Positions 1 to 9,863 of a stretch of 64,000 bases of DNA are shown piece after piece. Both the position numbers and the translations under genes were made by a program. Where the stretch lies: positions 10,035 through 74,034 of the forward strand of contig JAFVQU010000011.1 of NCBI GenBank assembly GCA_017504625.1. The letters are read 5' to 3'. This DNA is from Clostridia bacterium. Lineage in GTDB: Bacteria; Bacillota; Clostridia; Oscillospirales; CAG-272. Within the stretch, counting starts at the first letter, position 1. Each line of letters starts with the position of its first letter. The notes under the pieces are model-generated. The model saw only the letters and a list, made by a program, of their open reading frames with translations, searched no databases and had not been told where the DNA came from.

Positions 1-2778
1 CTCTTAATAACTGCCAGATGTTGCGGACAGGACGTAACGGATAATACCTATGAGGAAGTTTCGGTCATTTCGGGCAACGCGGTAATTGAGTGCATTAATG
101 GTATTTATACGATCAAGGCAACGTCAAGCGGTGAAGTGACTATCAGAGTTAAATCCTTCTATGTAAATCAAACCTATACCGCTGAAGGAACCTTTTACTT
201 TGAGAACCTTAGCTTGGCGATCACAGCTGATAAGACCGAGGGATATGTTGGTGCAGATGTAAATCTCAGTGCGAGCTCCGAGTTGTATAATATCGACCCA
301 TCTCGTCTGGTCTATACCGTAGTTTCGGGTAACGCTACTATATCCGGTTCAATATTGCGTGCGAACTCTCCCGGCAAGGTAGTGGTTTCGGCTACGTATG
401 AGGATAACGGAGAGATATATAAAAGCAACGAGCTTAACTTGAATTTTGTGTATGACGGAAACGTGATTACAAACGCAGACGGATTGCTTGCCCTGAATAA
501 CAGCTCAGCGATCTACTTCCTTGAATCTGACATCGATCTTTCAAGCATTGAAGAGTGGACTCCCATTGAAAACTTCACGGGAACTCTTTACGGCGGAGGA
601 TATACGATCAAGGGCCTCAATATCGTTGCAAGATCTATGGAAGAGAACAAGGGCCTGTTTGCAACGCTTGGCGGTACGGTAGAAGATCTCAAGCTTGAGG
701 GTAAGCTTACCTGCCGCGGAGAAGCATCAAGGCTCGGACTTCTTTGCGGAACTAATAACGGCACGATCAAGAACGTAAGTGTAAGCGGAAGCATTGACAC
801 ACAGTATTGCGATTACGTCGGCGGTATCGCGGGATATTCGGATAACTCTTATATAACGGGTTGCACGACAAACGTCAGTATTACGGCGAGAAATTACGTT
901 GGCGGTCACGTGGGATATATGGTGGCTGTCCGCTCGGCTGACGTGGTTATCGAAAAGAACACAAACAACGGAGATATTATCGGATCTTCCTACGTCGGCG
1001 GTATTTACGGAGATCTCCACATCAGCGGATCGGGAAGAAACAACGATATAATAACAGTTATCAATAACGTAAATAACGGTAGCATAACAGGATCTGAGCA
1101 GTACATCGGCGGTCTTATCGGATTTGCCGAGGGTGAGCGCCACTCGGAGCGCCCCGATATATTCGGAGATTGGTATGATTATACGGGATGGATACATATA
1201 ACCGAGAGTGAGAATACTGAGGATATAATCGGATCTGACTATGTCGGCGGTATCCTCGGAAACGGAAACAATTACGTAAAAGAGATATCCTTTACGACTA
1301 ATAGCGGAAGCGTAAGCGGAAACAATTACGTCGGCGGATATGCGGGCAGGGCAAACGGCACTCATTTGCGCAATCTCACCAACAACGTTACCGTAACGGG
1401 TAAATCCTACGTCGGCGGTGTTGCGGGATACGCGGGTAAGATCGACGGATGTGTAAATAACGGCGAGATCAACGTCGTTGGCTACTCGCTTGAGGGTAAC
1501 AATCACGCAGTATCCTACGTTGGCGGCGTTGCAGGCTACGCGAGCGGTGCGGTCAGCTGCGTGAACAATTCTAACATTGACGCTACGGGCGGCGGTGACT
1601 ATATCGGCGGTATCGCGGGCTATGTTTTTGCAATTCGATCTGCGGATAACGTAATACAGAAGAATAAGAATCACGGCGCGATCATGGGTCAGGGATACGT
1701 CGGTGGCGTATTCGGTTACCTCGGTGTAGAGGGATCGCCCAACAACGAAGATGACATAACCGTAGTCGCTAACGAAAACGACGGCGAGATCGCGGGATAT
1801 CAGAACTATGTCGGCGGTATCATTGGATACGCTGTCGGTGAAATTCATAGCGTAGCAGGTACGTACGGCGGATCAACCGCTTACCTTTCCGAGATAAAGA
1901 TAATGGAATGTGTAAACGAGGCAAACGTTACGGGCGTTGACTACGTCGGCGGAATTCTTGGAAACGGTGAGAATTACGTCGCGGAGATCTCCTTTGCGAC
2001 CAATGAAGGTAACGTATCGGGTAATTGCTATGTCGGCGGCTACGCGGGCAGAGCAAACGGCACTGAGATGAGAACTCTTATCAATAACAGCACGATATCG
2101 GGTAAATCCTACGTCGGCGGTATCGCGGGCTATGCGGGCAAGTGTATTTCCTGCCAGAACAACGGAGATATATCAAATCAGGGATACAGTATAACAAGCG
2201 ATAATCAGGCGATCTCCTATATCGGAGGCATCGCGGGTTATCTGACCGGTGCAGAGAACTGTACCAATAACTCCAATATCAATGCGTCTACGGGCGGCGA
2301 CTATGTCGGCGGTATCGCGGGATACCTTCTTGCTGACAGAAGCGTTGACAACGAGATAAAGGGAAATAAGAACCACGGTACGATAAACGGCACCGCATAC
2401 GTTGGCGGTATATTTGGCTATGTCGGTATCGCGGGCTCTCCCAACAATAGCGACACAATAACCGTAAAGAGCAATATAAACGACGGTGACGTTACGGGCT
2501 CCAAGGATTACGTAGGCGGTATTATCGGCTACGCGGTCGGTGAAAGCCACAACGTAAGGCAGACACTCGGCGGATATTACACGTATACCTCGTACTTAAA
2601 GGTAATGGAGTGTAAGAACGAAGCAAACGTCAATGGCGTTGACTACGTCGGCGGTATCGTGGGAAGCTGTCATCAGTACGTAATGCCCGACGAGGTGATC
2701 TGGAATACAAATATGATCGACGGAAACGTTACTGCCGAGGGCGATAACGCAGGTGTGACGTTCGGATACATGGGTTAA
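1..2778 (+). CDS. GLUG-repeat (beta-helix type) surface protein, 5' end outside the window; Big_2-like Ig domain(s) followed by YVGG(I/V)xG(Y/F) repeats
   Basis: Frame 1 is open from nt 1, with no stop before the GTG at 136 used by the ORF track. The upstream residues (VISGNAVIECINGIYTIKATSSGEVTIRV) already look like an Ig/Big_2 strand pattern. Dozens of YVGGIAGY-type units follow. Paralog of the next two genes. Confidence 0.85.
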   Translation, partial: LLITARCCGQDVTDNTYEEVSVISGNAVIECINGIYTIKATSSGEVTIRVKSFYVNQTYTAEGTFYFENLSLAITADKTEGYVGADVNLSASSELYNIDPSRLVYTVVSGNATISGSILRANSPGKVVVSATYEDNGEIYKSNELNLNFVYDGNVITNADGLLALNNSSAIYFLESDIDLSSIEEWTPIENFTGTLYGGGYTIKGLNIVARSMEENKGLFATLGGTVEDLKLEGKLTCRGEASRLGLLCGTNNGTIKNVSVSGSIDTQYCDYVGGIAGYSDNSYITGCTTNVSITARNYVGGHVGYMVAVRSADVVIEKNTNNGDIIGSSYVGGIYGDLHISGSGRNNDIITVINNVNNGSITGSEQYIGGLIGFAEGERHSERPDIFGDWYDYTGWIHITESENTEDIIGSDYVGGILGNGNNYVKEISFTTNSGSVSGNNYVGGYAGRANGTHLRNLTNNVTVTGKSYVGGVAGYAGKIDGCVNNGEINVVGYSLEGNNHAVSYVGGVAGYASGAVSCVNNSNIDATGGGDYIGGIAGYVFAIRSADNVIQKNKNHGAIMGQGYVGGVFGYLGVEGSPNNEDDITVVANENDGEIAGYQNYVGGIIGYAVGEIHSVAGTYGGSTAYLSEIKIMECVNEANVTGVDYVGGILGNGENYVAEISFATNEGNVSGNCYVGGYAGRANGTEMRTLINNSTISGKSYVGGIAGYAGKCISCQNNGDISNQGYSITSDNQAISYIGGIAGYLTGAENCTNNSNINASTGGDYVGGIAGYLLADRSVDNEIKGNKNHGTINGTAYVGGIFGYVGIAGSPNNSDTITVKSNINDGDVTGSKDYVGGIIGYAVGESHNVRQTLGGYYTYTSYLKVMECKNEANVNGVDYVGGIVGSCHQYVMPDEVIWNTNMIDGNVTAEGDNAGVTFGYMG

Positions 2779-2793
2779 CATTTGGAGGATATG

Positions 2794-5700
2794 ATGAAGA
2801 TCAAAAGACTAATTTATTTATTGCTTATTCTGTCGTTGATAGTCGTAGGACTTGTTGCATGTGAAGAATCTAAGTACAACTTTATTGTTCTTACGCCGAA
2901 ATTTCAAATTTATACCGATGATAGCGTGACGATCCCCAACGTTTCTTACGAATTATCATTGGAGGATGTAAATACGGGCGTATACGTAGATCAGTCAAGG
3001 GTTACGTATTCGCTCTACGGCGACAACGACGTTAACGCGACGCTGAACGGAAACCGCATCAGCGCGACGGGCATCGGTGAGGTAGTGGTCAAAGCAACCT
3101 ATACCCACGAGGGAACCGAGTACACGACGTACACGGACGTCAAGTTTGTAGAGCTTGTTCCCAAGTTTTCTGTCGTCGGAGAGCTGAGCGTAGGAACTCC
3201 CGTTGAGTTTTACGTGATGTCTGAATGCGGACAGTATACCGTGCCGCTTGACTTTTCGAATATATCTATAGTATCGGGAAATGCCACGGTAGAGCAGGCG
3301 CAGGATAGCTACGGTAACGTATATTACGTTATTACGGCGCGTAGCGCGGGGGAAGTAACCGTGAGCGCCGATATTACGTATAAGGGACTTGATTTTACCT
3401 GCGAAGAAACCTTCAGCTTCACTAAAAAGCCATTCACTCTTTCAACTGAATCAAATGAGTTTTTCGTAGGATACGATCTGAAGCTTGTACCGACGCTTGA
3501 CCTTGAGGGCTTTGATCCTTCGCGCGTGGTTTACACGGTAAAATCGGGTAACGCAACTATAAACGGTGCAAATCTTCGCTCCACGATGGCGGGAGACGTT
3601 GTCGTTTACGCAACCTATGAGGATAACGGCGAGGTATATCAGAGTGACGATTGCGTCATAAGCTTCGACTACAGAGAAGGAACGATAATGGACGCCGAGA
3701 GCCTGCTTGCGATAGCAAATAACTCAGGCGAGTTCTACATCGGCTCTGATATAGACCTTTCGGGCATTGAGAGCTGGACTCCTATCGAAAACTTCACGGG
3801 AACTCTTTACGGTAACGGATTTACTATCAAAGGCTTGAATATCAAGGCAAGATCCTTAGAAGAGAACAAGGGACTTTTTGCAACTCTCGGCGGAACGGTA
3901 GAAAATCTTAAAATTGAGGGAACGCTCACCTGCCGCGGAGAAGCGCAGAAGCTCGGACTTCTTTGCGGAACGAATAACGGTACGATAAGAAACGTCACGG
4001 TAAGCGGAAGTGTTGAAGCTCCATATTCTGATTACGTCGGTGGTATCGCGGGATATTCAAACAACTCGAACATAACGGGATGCACGACGAACGTGACCGT
4101 AAACGCGAGAGAATACGTCGGCGGTAACTCGGGCTTTGTGATGGCGACGCGAAACGGAAGCATCGTAATTGCCGATAACGTAAACCACGGCGCTATCATA
4201 GGTAAATCGCGAGTAGGCGGCTTGTATGGTATGTTAGACATACTGGATGGCGAAAATACCGAAACGATTATAGTAATCTCAAATAAAAACTACGGTGAAG
4301 TCACAGGCTCGAAGAATTACGTAGGTGGTATAGTCGGTTTTGCTGAAGGCACGAAGTATACGTGGAATGCAGGCTATAGGTCAGCCACCGCATATCTGAA
4401 GATCACGGATTGCACCAATGAAGCTAACGTCGCAGGCGTTGATTACATTGGTGGAATTGTAGGAAATGCAGAAGCGTACGTGTCCGAAATATCCTTCTGT
4501 ACAAATACGGGCGACGTCAGCGGTAACAGCTACGTAGGAGGATACGCCGGCAGAGCTGTCGGAACTACTATGCAGGTATTGACAAACAATATCACGGTTA
4601 CCGGTAAATCTTACGTTGGCGGAATTGCAGGATTTGCAGGTTTGATCGACACGTGTACTAACAACGGAGACGTTAAAATCAGCGGATTTATCGTACAAGG
4701 CGGAGAAGAAAAAATATCTTACGCGGGCGGTATTGCAGGATATGTAACGGGTGCTACGAATTGTATAAACAATTCTGATATTGACGCATCGGCAGGCGGT
4801 GATTATATAGGCGGTATCGCGGGCTTCATTATGGCGACAAGATCGTCGTCAAACATAATAGAGAACAACCAGAACCACGGCAATATCATCGGTACGGGAT
4901 ACGTTGGAGGATTGATAGGAAAGTTTGATATAGATAGTGGGGAAAATAACGAAACTCTTATACTGACGTTAAACGTTAACGATGGACAAATTACAGGCTC
5001 TAAAAACTACGTCGGTGGTCTGATCGGTTACGTTGATGGCACAAGGTATACGTGGAACGCAGGATATAGCTCTGCCACCGCATACGTCAAAATTCTCGAC
5101 TGTACCAACGAAGCAGACGTTATCGGAGCAGATTACGTCGGCGGAATTCTCGGAGGCTCAGGATTATATTTGAGTGAAATCTCATATTGCTCAAGCATAG
5201 GAGATATCAGCGGCAATAATTACGTTGGCGGATACGCAGGAGAGGCAGACGGAACGACTATAAATGAGTTGATCAATAATAACACGATCACGGGTAGATC
5301 TTACGTCGGAGGTATAGCAGGATATGCGGGAAAATGCTATTCCTGTGAAAATAACGGAACTATCGTTAACAAGTCTTATGCGATCGTAAACAACACGCAG
5401 GCTATATCTTATATAGGCGGTATAGCGGGTTATGCAACCGCTGCGGAGGAATGTGTAAATAACGTTAATATTGACGTAAGCACAGGCGGTGACTACGTCG
5501 GCGGTATAGTAGGATTTTTGATGGCAGAAAGATCTTCTGCAAACGTGGTACGGAATAACAAAAATCACGGTAATATCATCGGTGCGGGATACGTTGGCGG
5601 ACTGATTGGAATGTTTGATATAAAAGAGGGACAGAATAACGAGACTCTTGAGATAGCGTCAAACACTAATGACGGAGACGTTACCGGTTCGAAGAATTAC

Positions 5701-5958
5701 GTCGGCGGTCTTATCGGCTTTGCTGAAGGTACAAAGTGTACGTGGAATGCAGGATATAGCTCTGCCGTCGCATCAATTAAAATCATCGAATGTACAAACG
5801 AGGCAAACGTGACGGGCGCTGACTTTGTTGGCGGTTTGGTCGGTAGCTGTGGCTTGTATGTTATGAGTGAAGAGGTCATCTGGGGCACCAACACGAACTA
5901 CGGCAATGTAACAGGCACGGGCGAGCATTGCGGTGAACGCTACGGCTCAATGGGCTGA
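2794..5958 (+). CDS. GLUG-repeat surface lipoprotein (several Big_2-like domains + three ~230-aa super-repeats)
   Basis: GGAGG at 2784-2788 and ATG at 2791/2794. Signal peptide with lipobox (LSLIVVGLVAC). Big_2-like segments. Conserved entry module PIENFTGTLYGNGFTIKGLNI. YVGGIAGY repeats. Tail YGSMG-stop. Confidence 0.9.
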   Translation: MKIKRLIYLLLILSLIVVGLVACEESKYNFIVLTPKFQIYTDDSVTIPNVSYELSLEDVNTGVYVDQSRVTYSLYGDNDVNATLNGNRISATGIGEVVVKATYTHEGTEYTTYTDVKFVELVPKFSVVGELSVGTPVEFYVMSECGQYTVPLDFSNISIVSGNATVEQAQDSYGNVYYVITARSAGEVTVSADITYKGLDFTCEETFSFTKKPFTLSTESNEFFVGYDLKLVPTLDLEGFDPSRVVYTVKSGNATINGANLRSTMAGDVVVYATYEDNGEVYQSDDCVISFDYREGTIMDAESLLAIANNSGEFYIGSDIDLSGIESWTPIENFTGTLYGNGFTIKGLNIKARSLEENKGLFATLGGTVENLKIEGTLTCRGEAQKLGLLCGTNNGTIRNVTVSGSVEAPYSDYVGGIAGYSNNSNITGCTTNVTVNAREYVGGNSGFVMATRNGSIVIADNVNHGAIIGKSRVGGLYGMLDILDGENTETIIVISNKNYGEVTGSKNYVGGIVGFAEGTKYTWNAGYRSATAYLKITDCTNEANVAGVDYIGGIVGNAEAYVSEISFCTNTGDVSGNSYVGGYAGRAVGTTMQVLTNNITVTGKSYVGGIAGFAGLIDTCTNNGDVKISGFIVQGGEEKISYAGGIAGYVTGATNCINNSDIDASAGGDYIGGIAGFIMATRSSSNIIENNQNHGNIIGTGYVGGLIGKFDIDSGENNETLILTLNVNDGQITGSKNYVGGLIGYVDGTRYTWNAGYSSATAYVKILDCTNEADVIGADYVGGILGGSGLYLSEISYCSSIGDISGNNYVGGYAGEADGTTINELINNNTITGRSYVGGIAGYAGKCYSCENNGTIVNKSYAIVNNTQAISYIGGIAGYATAAEECVNNVNIDVSTGGDYVGGIVGFLMAERSSANVVRNNKNHGNIIGAGYVGGLIGMFDIKEGQNNETLEIASNTNDGDVTGSKNYVGGLIGFAEGTKCTWNAGYSSAVASIKIIECTNEANVTGADFVGGLVGSCGLYVMSEEVIWGTNTNYGNVTGTGEHCGERYGSMG

Positions 5959-5972
5959 TCTCGGAGGACGTT

Positions 5973-8639
5973 ATGTATTATAACAATCAAAAAAAGGCGA
6001 CGAGAGTCAAGGAGCTGCTTTGTGTTTTGCTCGCGTTGGCGGTTCTTGCCGCGGCGTTGATTCTCGTCACGGGATGCGGCGGCGCATCTCCCGATAATTA
6101 CGGCGGGGAAATGCGGCTTCACCTTTCAACCGAGCCTTTACGCGACGAATCCTTGGGTGATTATGCGGACGTCGGTTATTACGTCAATTCCGAGGTAATG
6201 CTTACTCCAAGACTTGAAATTGAGGGATTTGATCCCTCAAGGGTAGCTTATACCGTCAAGTCGGGGAACGCCACTATTGAAAATTCAAAGCTTAAAGCAA
6301 GCGCGCTCGGTGAGGTCGTGATATATGCGACCTACGAGCAGGACGGCAAGATCTATCAGAGTGATGATGTGACCTTGTATTTCAGCGAGAGAAGGGGAAT
6401 TATCATTGATGCCGAGGGACTTCTCCAAATGGCAAACAGCAGTGATACCTTCTTCCTCGCGGCAGATATTGACCTTTCATCGTATGAAAGCTGGATTCCG
6501 ATTGAAAACTTCACGGGAACTCTTTACGGTAACGGATTTACGATAAAGGGAATCAATATTGTTGCAAGGTCAATGGATGAAAACAAAGGACTTTTCGCAA
6601 TTCTTGGCGGAACAGTCGATAATCTCAAGATTGAGGGAAAGATCTCCTGCAGCGGTGAGGCTTCAGGTCTTGGACTTCTTTGCGGAAGGAGCAAGGGCAA
6701 GATAACCAACGTGTCCGCAAGCGGCACGGTTGACGCGCCTTATTCCAATTACGTCGGGGGTATCGTGGGATATGCGGACGGCTCGCACACCTCGGGCTGC
6801 ACCTCGGACGTGAGCGTCACCGGAAGAGAATACGTCGGTGGTCAGGTCGGATATATGGCGTCCACGCGCAAGGGCGACGTTGCTTTCGCCGACAATATCA
6901 ACTACGGTAGAGTGGTAGGTGAATCCTACGTCGGCGGCGTGTACGGATGCTTCACCTTTGCACAGACCAGCGAGGAAAACAACGCGACTATCGTTGCAAA
7001 CAAAAATTTCGGCGAGGTATTTGGCACGAAGAGCTACGTCGGCGGAATAGTCGGATCGTTGTCAGGCGGTTCGTACGAGGTAAGATTATCCTCAAGATAT
7101 CAGTATTATTACTCGAGAGTAAGCCTTATCGAGTGTAGCAACGAGGCAAACGTAACAGGCGACGGCTACGTCGGCGGCGTTATCGGTAAGATAGGTAATT
7201 ACGTTACCGAGGTGTTGATATCGACAAACTCCGGTGAGATATCGGGAAACGATAATATAGGCGGAGTTGTCGGACACGCAAGCGTTTCAACGATAAAAGA
7301 CCTTACGAATAACGGTAAGGTTCTTGGCAAGGCTTACGTCGGCGGCATCGCGGGCAATTCCGGCTCGAAGCTTGACAAGTGTACTAACAACGGTGAGATA
7401 AACGTTATCGGCTTCAAGCTCACCGAGGATAACATGAAGGTGTCCTACGCGGGCGGTATCGTCGGTTACGCTATCGAGATAGAGAACTGCGTAAATAACG
7501 CGAATATCGAAGCGGGTGCGGCAGGCGACTTTGTAGGCGGCATCGCGGGATACGTAATGGCTCCTTTATCGAATAACGCTTCGATAAAGGATAACAAGAA
7601 TCACGGTGCGGTTATCGGAACGAGATACGTTGGAGGAGCATTTGGTTTTGTTGATATCACGTCAAATCTTGATAATGCGACGGTTTTGGTCGTATCCAAT
7701 GTAAACGACGGTGAGGTTACGGGCTCAGATAACTACGTCGGCGGAGTCATAGGATATGCAAAGGGCACAGACGCCTATGACCGGAAAGCAGGAAGCTTTA
7801 CGTCATATCTGAAGATAATGGAGTGTGAAAATGAAGCGGACGTTATCGGAACCGATTACGTCGGCGGTATTGTCGGATATGCGGATCAATACGTGGCAGA
7901 GATTTCATTCTGCAAGAATTCAAGCGACGTTATGGGTAACGAATACGTCGGCGGTTACGCAGGATATACCTCGAATGCGACAAGCATTAAAAATCTCACC
8001 AACAGCAATACCGTAACGGGTAAGGCATACGTCGGTGGAATAGCGGGCAGGGGCGGCTTGGCGCAGTCCTGTACGAATAACGGAAGCGTCAATCTCGTCG
8101 GATATATTCTGAGTGCCGATAATCAGCTTCTCTCCTACGCGGGAGGAATTGCGGGTTATCTTTACGGTGCAGTAGATTGTATCAATAACTCCAATATTGA
8201 TGCAAGCGAGGCAGGGGATTTCGTTGGCGGTATTGCGGGATATATCAGTATCTCAAGCGATGTGTCGGGCAACAAGAACCACGGCGAGATCAAGGGCTGC
8301 TCCTTTGTTGGCGGTCTGTTTGGATATTGCACTGCTACGGGAAATAATACCGTGCAGTTCAGTAAAAATATCAACGACGGCGCAGTCATAGGCGCGAACG
8401 ATTACGTCGGCGGTGTCGTTGGATGCTTTGGTAGTGCGTCAAGCAAATTAGGAATTATCAGAGTTACCGAATGTAAGACCGAGGCGAACGTTACAGGTGC
8501 TGACTTTGTCGGCGGAATCGCTGGAAAATGCGATAGCATTGTTGATGAAACTAAGGTCGTATGGTCTACGAATATTTGTGACGGCACGGTAAAGGCTACG
8601 GGTGAGCATTACGGCAAGCTTTACGGATCAATGAATTGA
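5973..8639 (+). CDS. GLUG-repeat surface lipoprotein, third paralog
   Basis: GGAGG at 5963-5967 lies 5 nt before the ATG. Lipobox LILVTGCGG. Same entry module and repeats as the two upstream genes. Tail YGSMN-stop. Confidence 0.9.
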   Translation: MYYNNQKKATRVKELLCVLLALAVLAAALILVTGCGGASPDNYGGEMRLHLSTEPLRDESLGDYADVGYYVNSEVMLTPRLEIEGFDPSRVAYTVKSGNATIENSKLKASALGEVVIYATYEQDGKIYQSDDVTLYFSERRGIIIDAEGLLQMANSSDTFFLAADIDLSSYESWIPIENFTGTLYGNGFTIKGINIVARSMDENKGLFAILGGTVDNLKIEGKISCSGEASGLGLLCGRSKGKITNVSASGTVDAPYSNYVGGIVGYADGSHTSGCTSDVSVTGREYVGGQVGYMASTRKGDVAFADNINYGRVVGESYVGGVYGCFTFAQTSEENNATIVANKNFGEVFGTKSYVGGIVGSLSGGSYEVRLSSRYQYYYSRVSLIECSNEANVTGDGYVGGVIGKIGNYVTEVLISTNSGEISGNDNIGGVVGHASVSTIKDLTNNGKVLGKAYVGGIAGNSGSKLDKCTNNGEINVIGFKLTEDNMKVSYAGGIVGYAIEIENCVNNANIEAGAAGDFVGGIAGYVMAPLSNNASIKDNKNHGAVIGTRYVGGAFGFVDITSNLDNATVLVVSNVNDGEVTGSDNYVGGVIGYAKGTDAYDRKAGSFTSYLKIMECENEADVIGTDYVGGIVGYADQYVAEISFCKNSSDVMGNEYVGGYAGYTSNATSIKNLTNSNTVTGKAYVGGIAGRGGLAQSCTNNGSVNLVGYILSADNQLLSYAGGIAGYLYGAVDCINNSNIDASEAGDFVGGIAGYISISSDVSGNKNHGEIKGCSFVGGLFGYCTATGNNTVQFSKNINDGAVIGANDYVGGVVGCFGSASSKLGIIRVTECKTEANVTGADFVGGIAGKCDSIVDETKVVWSTNICDGTVKATGEHYGKLYGSMN

Positions 8640-8768
8640 TAAAATAAGACTTCAACGGGATTTTTCCGTTGAAGTCCAAGAAAAAAGAAGAAATAAGGCC
8701 CAAAAGGGCTTTAATTCTATAAATCTACAAAAAATTTAATGCCTTAAACGGCAGAAAGGAAAAATATT

Positions 8769-9491
8769 ATGTTTTTCAAGAAGAAAAAGAGCGGCGCAGT
8801 AGAGATCAGACTTGATGAAAATCAGTTCTGCTCGGTTGTTGAGGAAATGTCAAGCGAGGTAACCAACAAGTACTGCATCATTGCAAACAGCGACAACTAC
8901 AACCTCCTTTACCGTGACGGACGCTTCATGGGTATGCCTTGCCCCTTCGGCGGTCCTATCTACCCCTTCTCGATCGATCCCAGAGAGCAGGGAACGAACG
9001 GTCAGAAAAAGCAGTTCCGTTCCGCAAAGGTCGTTTGCTTGTCCAAGGACTTCAACCTCAAGGTGTTCTGGGGAACCGAAACTCCCTTTATGCTTGAGGA
9101 CATTCACACCCACAAGCCCTACGAGGTAGGCGCGCGCGGCGTATTCTACGTAAACATCGATCCTACCGACGCGGCACGTAAGGCTGACCAGTTCTATAGC
9201 AAGTGCCTCTCTCAGAGAAACGCGGCTCTCTTTGACACCGAAGCGCTCAGAGACTTCCTCAGAGAAGCCTTCATCATGCAGATCGGCGCAAAGATCCAGC
9301 AGTATATTGAGGAAAAGAACGCGTCACTTGCAAACTACGTTGGACTCCAGCCCTCCGAGATCCTAAAGATCAGCGAAGAGCTTTGCCCCAAGCTTAAGGA
9401 CGTTTTCGGCGCATACGGCTTGACCATCGTTCCCGAGGCAAGCGCAAATTCGATCCTTCAGGGCCTTCAGGTCAAGGAAATCGTACGCTAA
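8769..9491 (+). CDS. SPFH/band-7-like soluble protein (YdjI / COG4260-like), tentative
   Basis: 240 aa with no TM segment. The layout (N-terminal beta region ...NLLYRDGRFMG..., FWGTETPFMLED..., C-terminal helical LRDFLREAFIMQIGAKIQQYIEE) resembles the SPFH family as I remember it. Not verified by search. Confidence 0.45.
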   Translation: MFFKKKKSGAVEIRLDENQFCSVVEEMSSEVTNKYCIIANSDNYNLLYRDGRFMGMPCPFGGPIYPFSIDPREQGTNGQKKQFRSAKVVCLSKDFNLKVFWGTETPFMLEDIHTHKPYEVGARGVFYVNIDPTDAARKADQFYSKCLSQRNAALFDTEALRDFLREAFIMQIGAKIQQYIEEKNASLANYVGLQPSEILKISEELCPKLKDVFGAYGLTIVPEASANSILQGLQVKEIVR

Positions 9492-9517
9492 TTAATTATT
9501 AAGATAGGAGAATTAAT

Positions 9518-9841
9518 ATGGGACTTTTCAAGAAGAGATACTCAAAGAACATAGCTCGTGATAACGAGTTTCTTAAGGAATACGCTATCAAGTGTAACGG
9601 ACTTCTTTTCTACGTTGAAGGAAAAGAGCAGGTAAAGAAGGAGCTTATTCAGCTCAAGGACGATTTCCAGTACACCGTTGGCTCTACCGATGCAGCGGCA
9701 AAGCCTCTTGAGAGAAAGATCGAAAAGGATTACAACACTCTTACCAAGCTCCTTCAGCAGCTTGAATGGGATGAGGGTGAGGCGCTTTTGCTCATCCGCG
9801 GAATCCGCAGATACATAGTTGAGATCTCCTCTCTCAGATAA
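9518..9841 (+). CDS. hypothetical small helical protein (107 aa)
   Basis: ORF with AGGAG-type RBS (taggagaattaatATG), tightly spaced between its two neighbours. Charged, helical-looking sequence. Confidence 0.6.
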   Translation: MGLFKKRYSKNIARDNEFLKEYAIKCNGLLFYVEGKEQVKKELIQLKDDFQYTVGSTDAAAKPLERKIEKDYNTLTKLLQQLEWDEGEALLLIRGIRRYIVEISSLR

Positions 9842-9863
9842 TTACCGGAGAAAGAGGTAATAT

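Noticed and set aside
727-1848. 373-aa minus-strand ORF, plus several shorter ones at 588-800, 2173-2550, 4381-4698 and 5191-5568, antisense to the GLUG-repeat genes.
   Set aside because: These are shadow ORFs created by the periodic repeat codons of the sense genes. Their translations are low-complexity (R/V/D/T-rich) with no motifs and no RBS. The sense-strand proteins have clear domain structure.
8640-8768. Hairpin gacttcaacgg-gattttt-ccgttgaagtc after the third GLUG gene, considered as a plus-strand terminator.
   Set aside because: On the plus strand it is followed by caagaaaaaag, not a T-run, so I did not list it as a confident terminator. It may still pause or stabilise the transcript.
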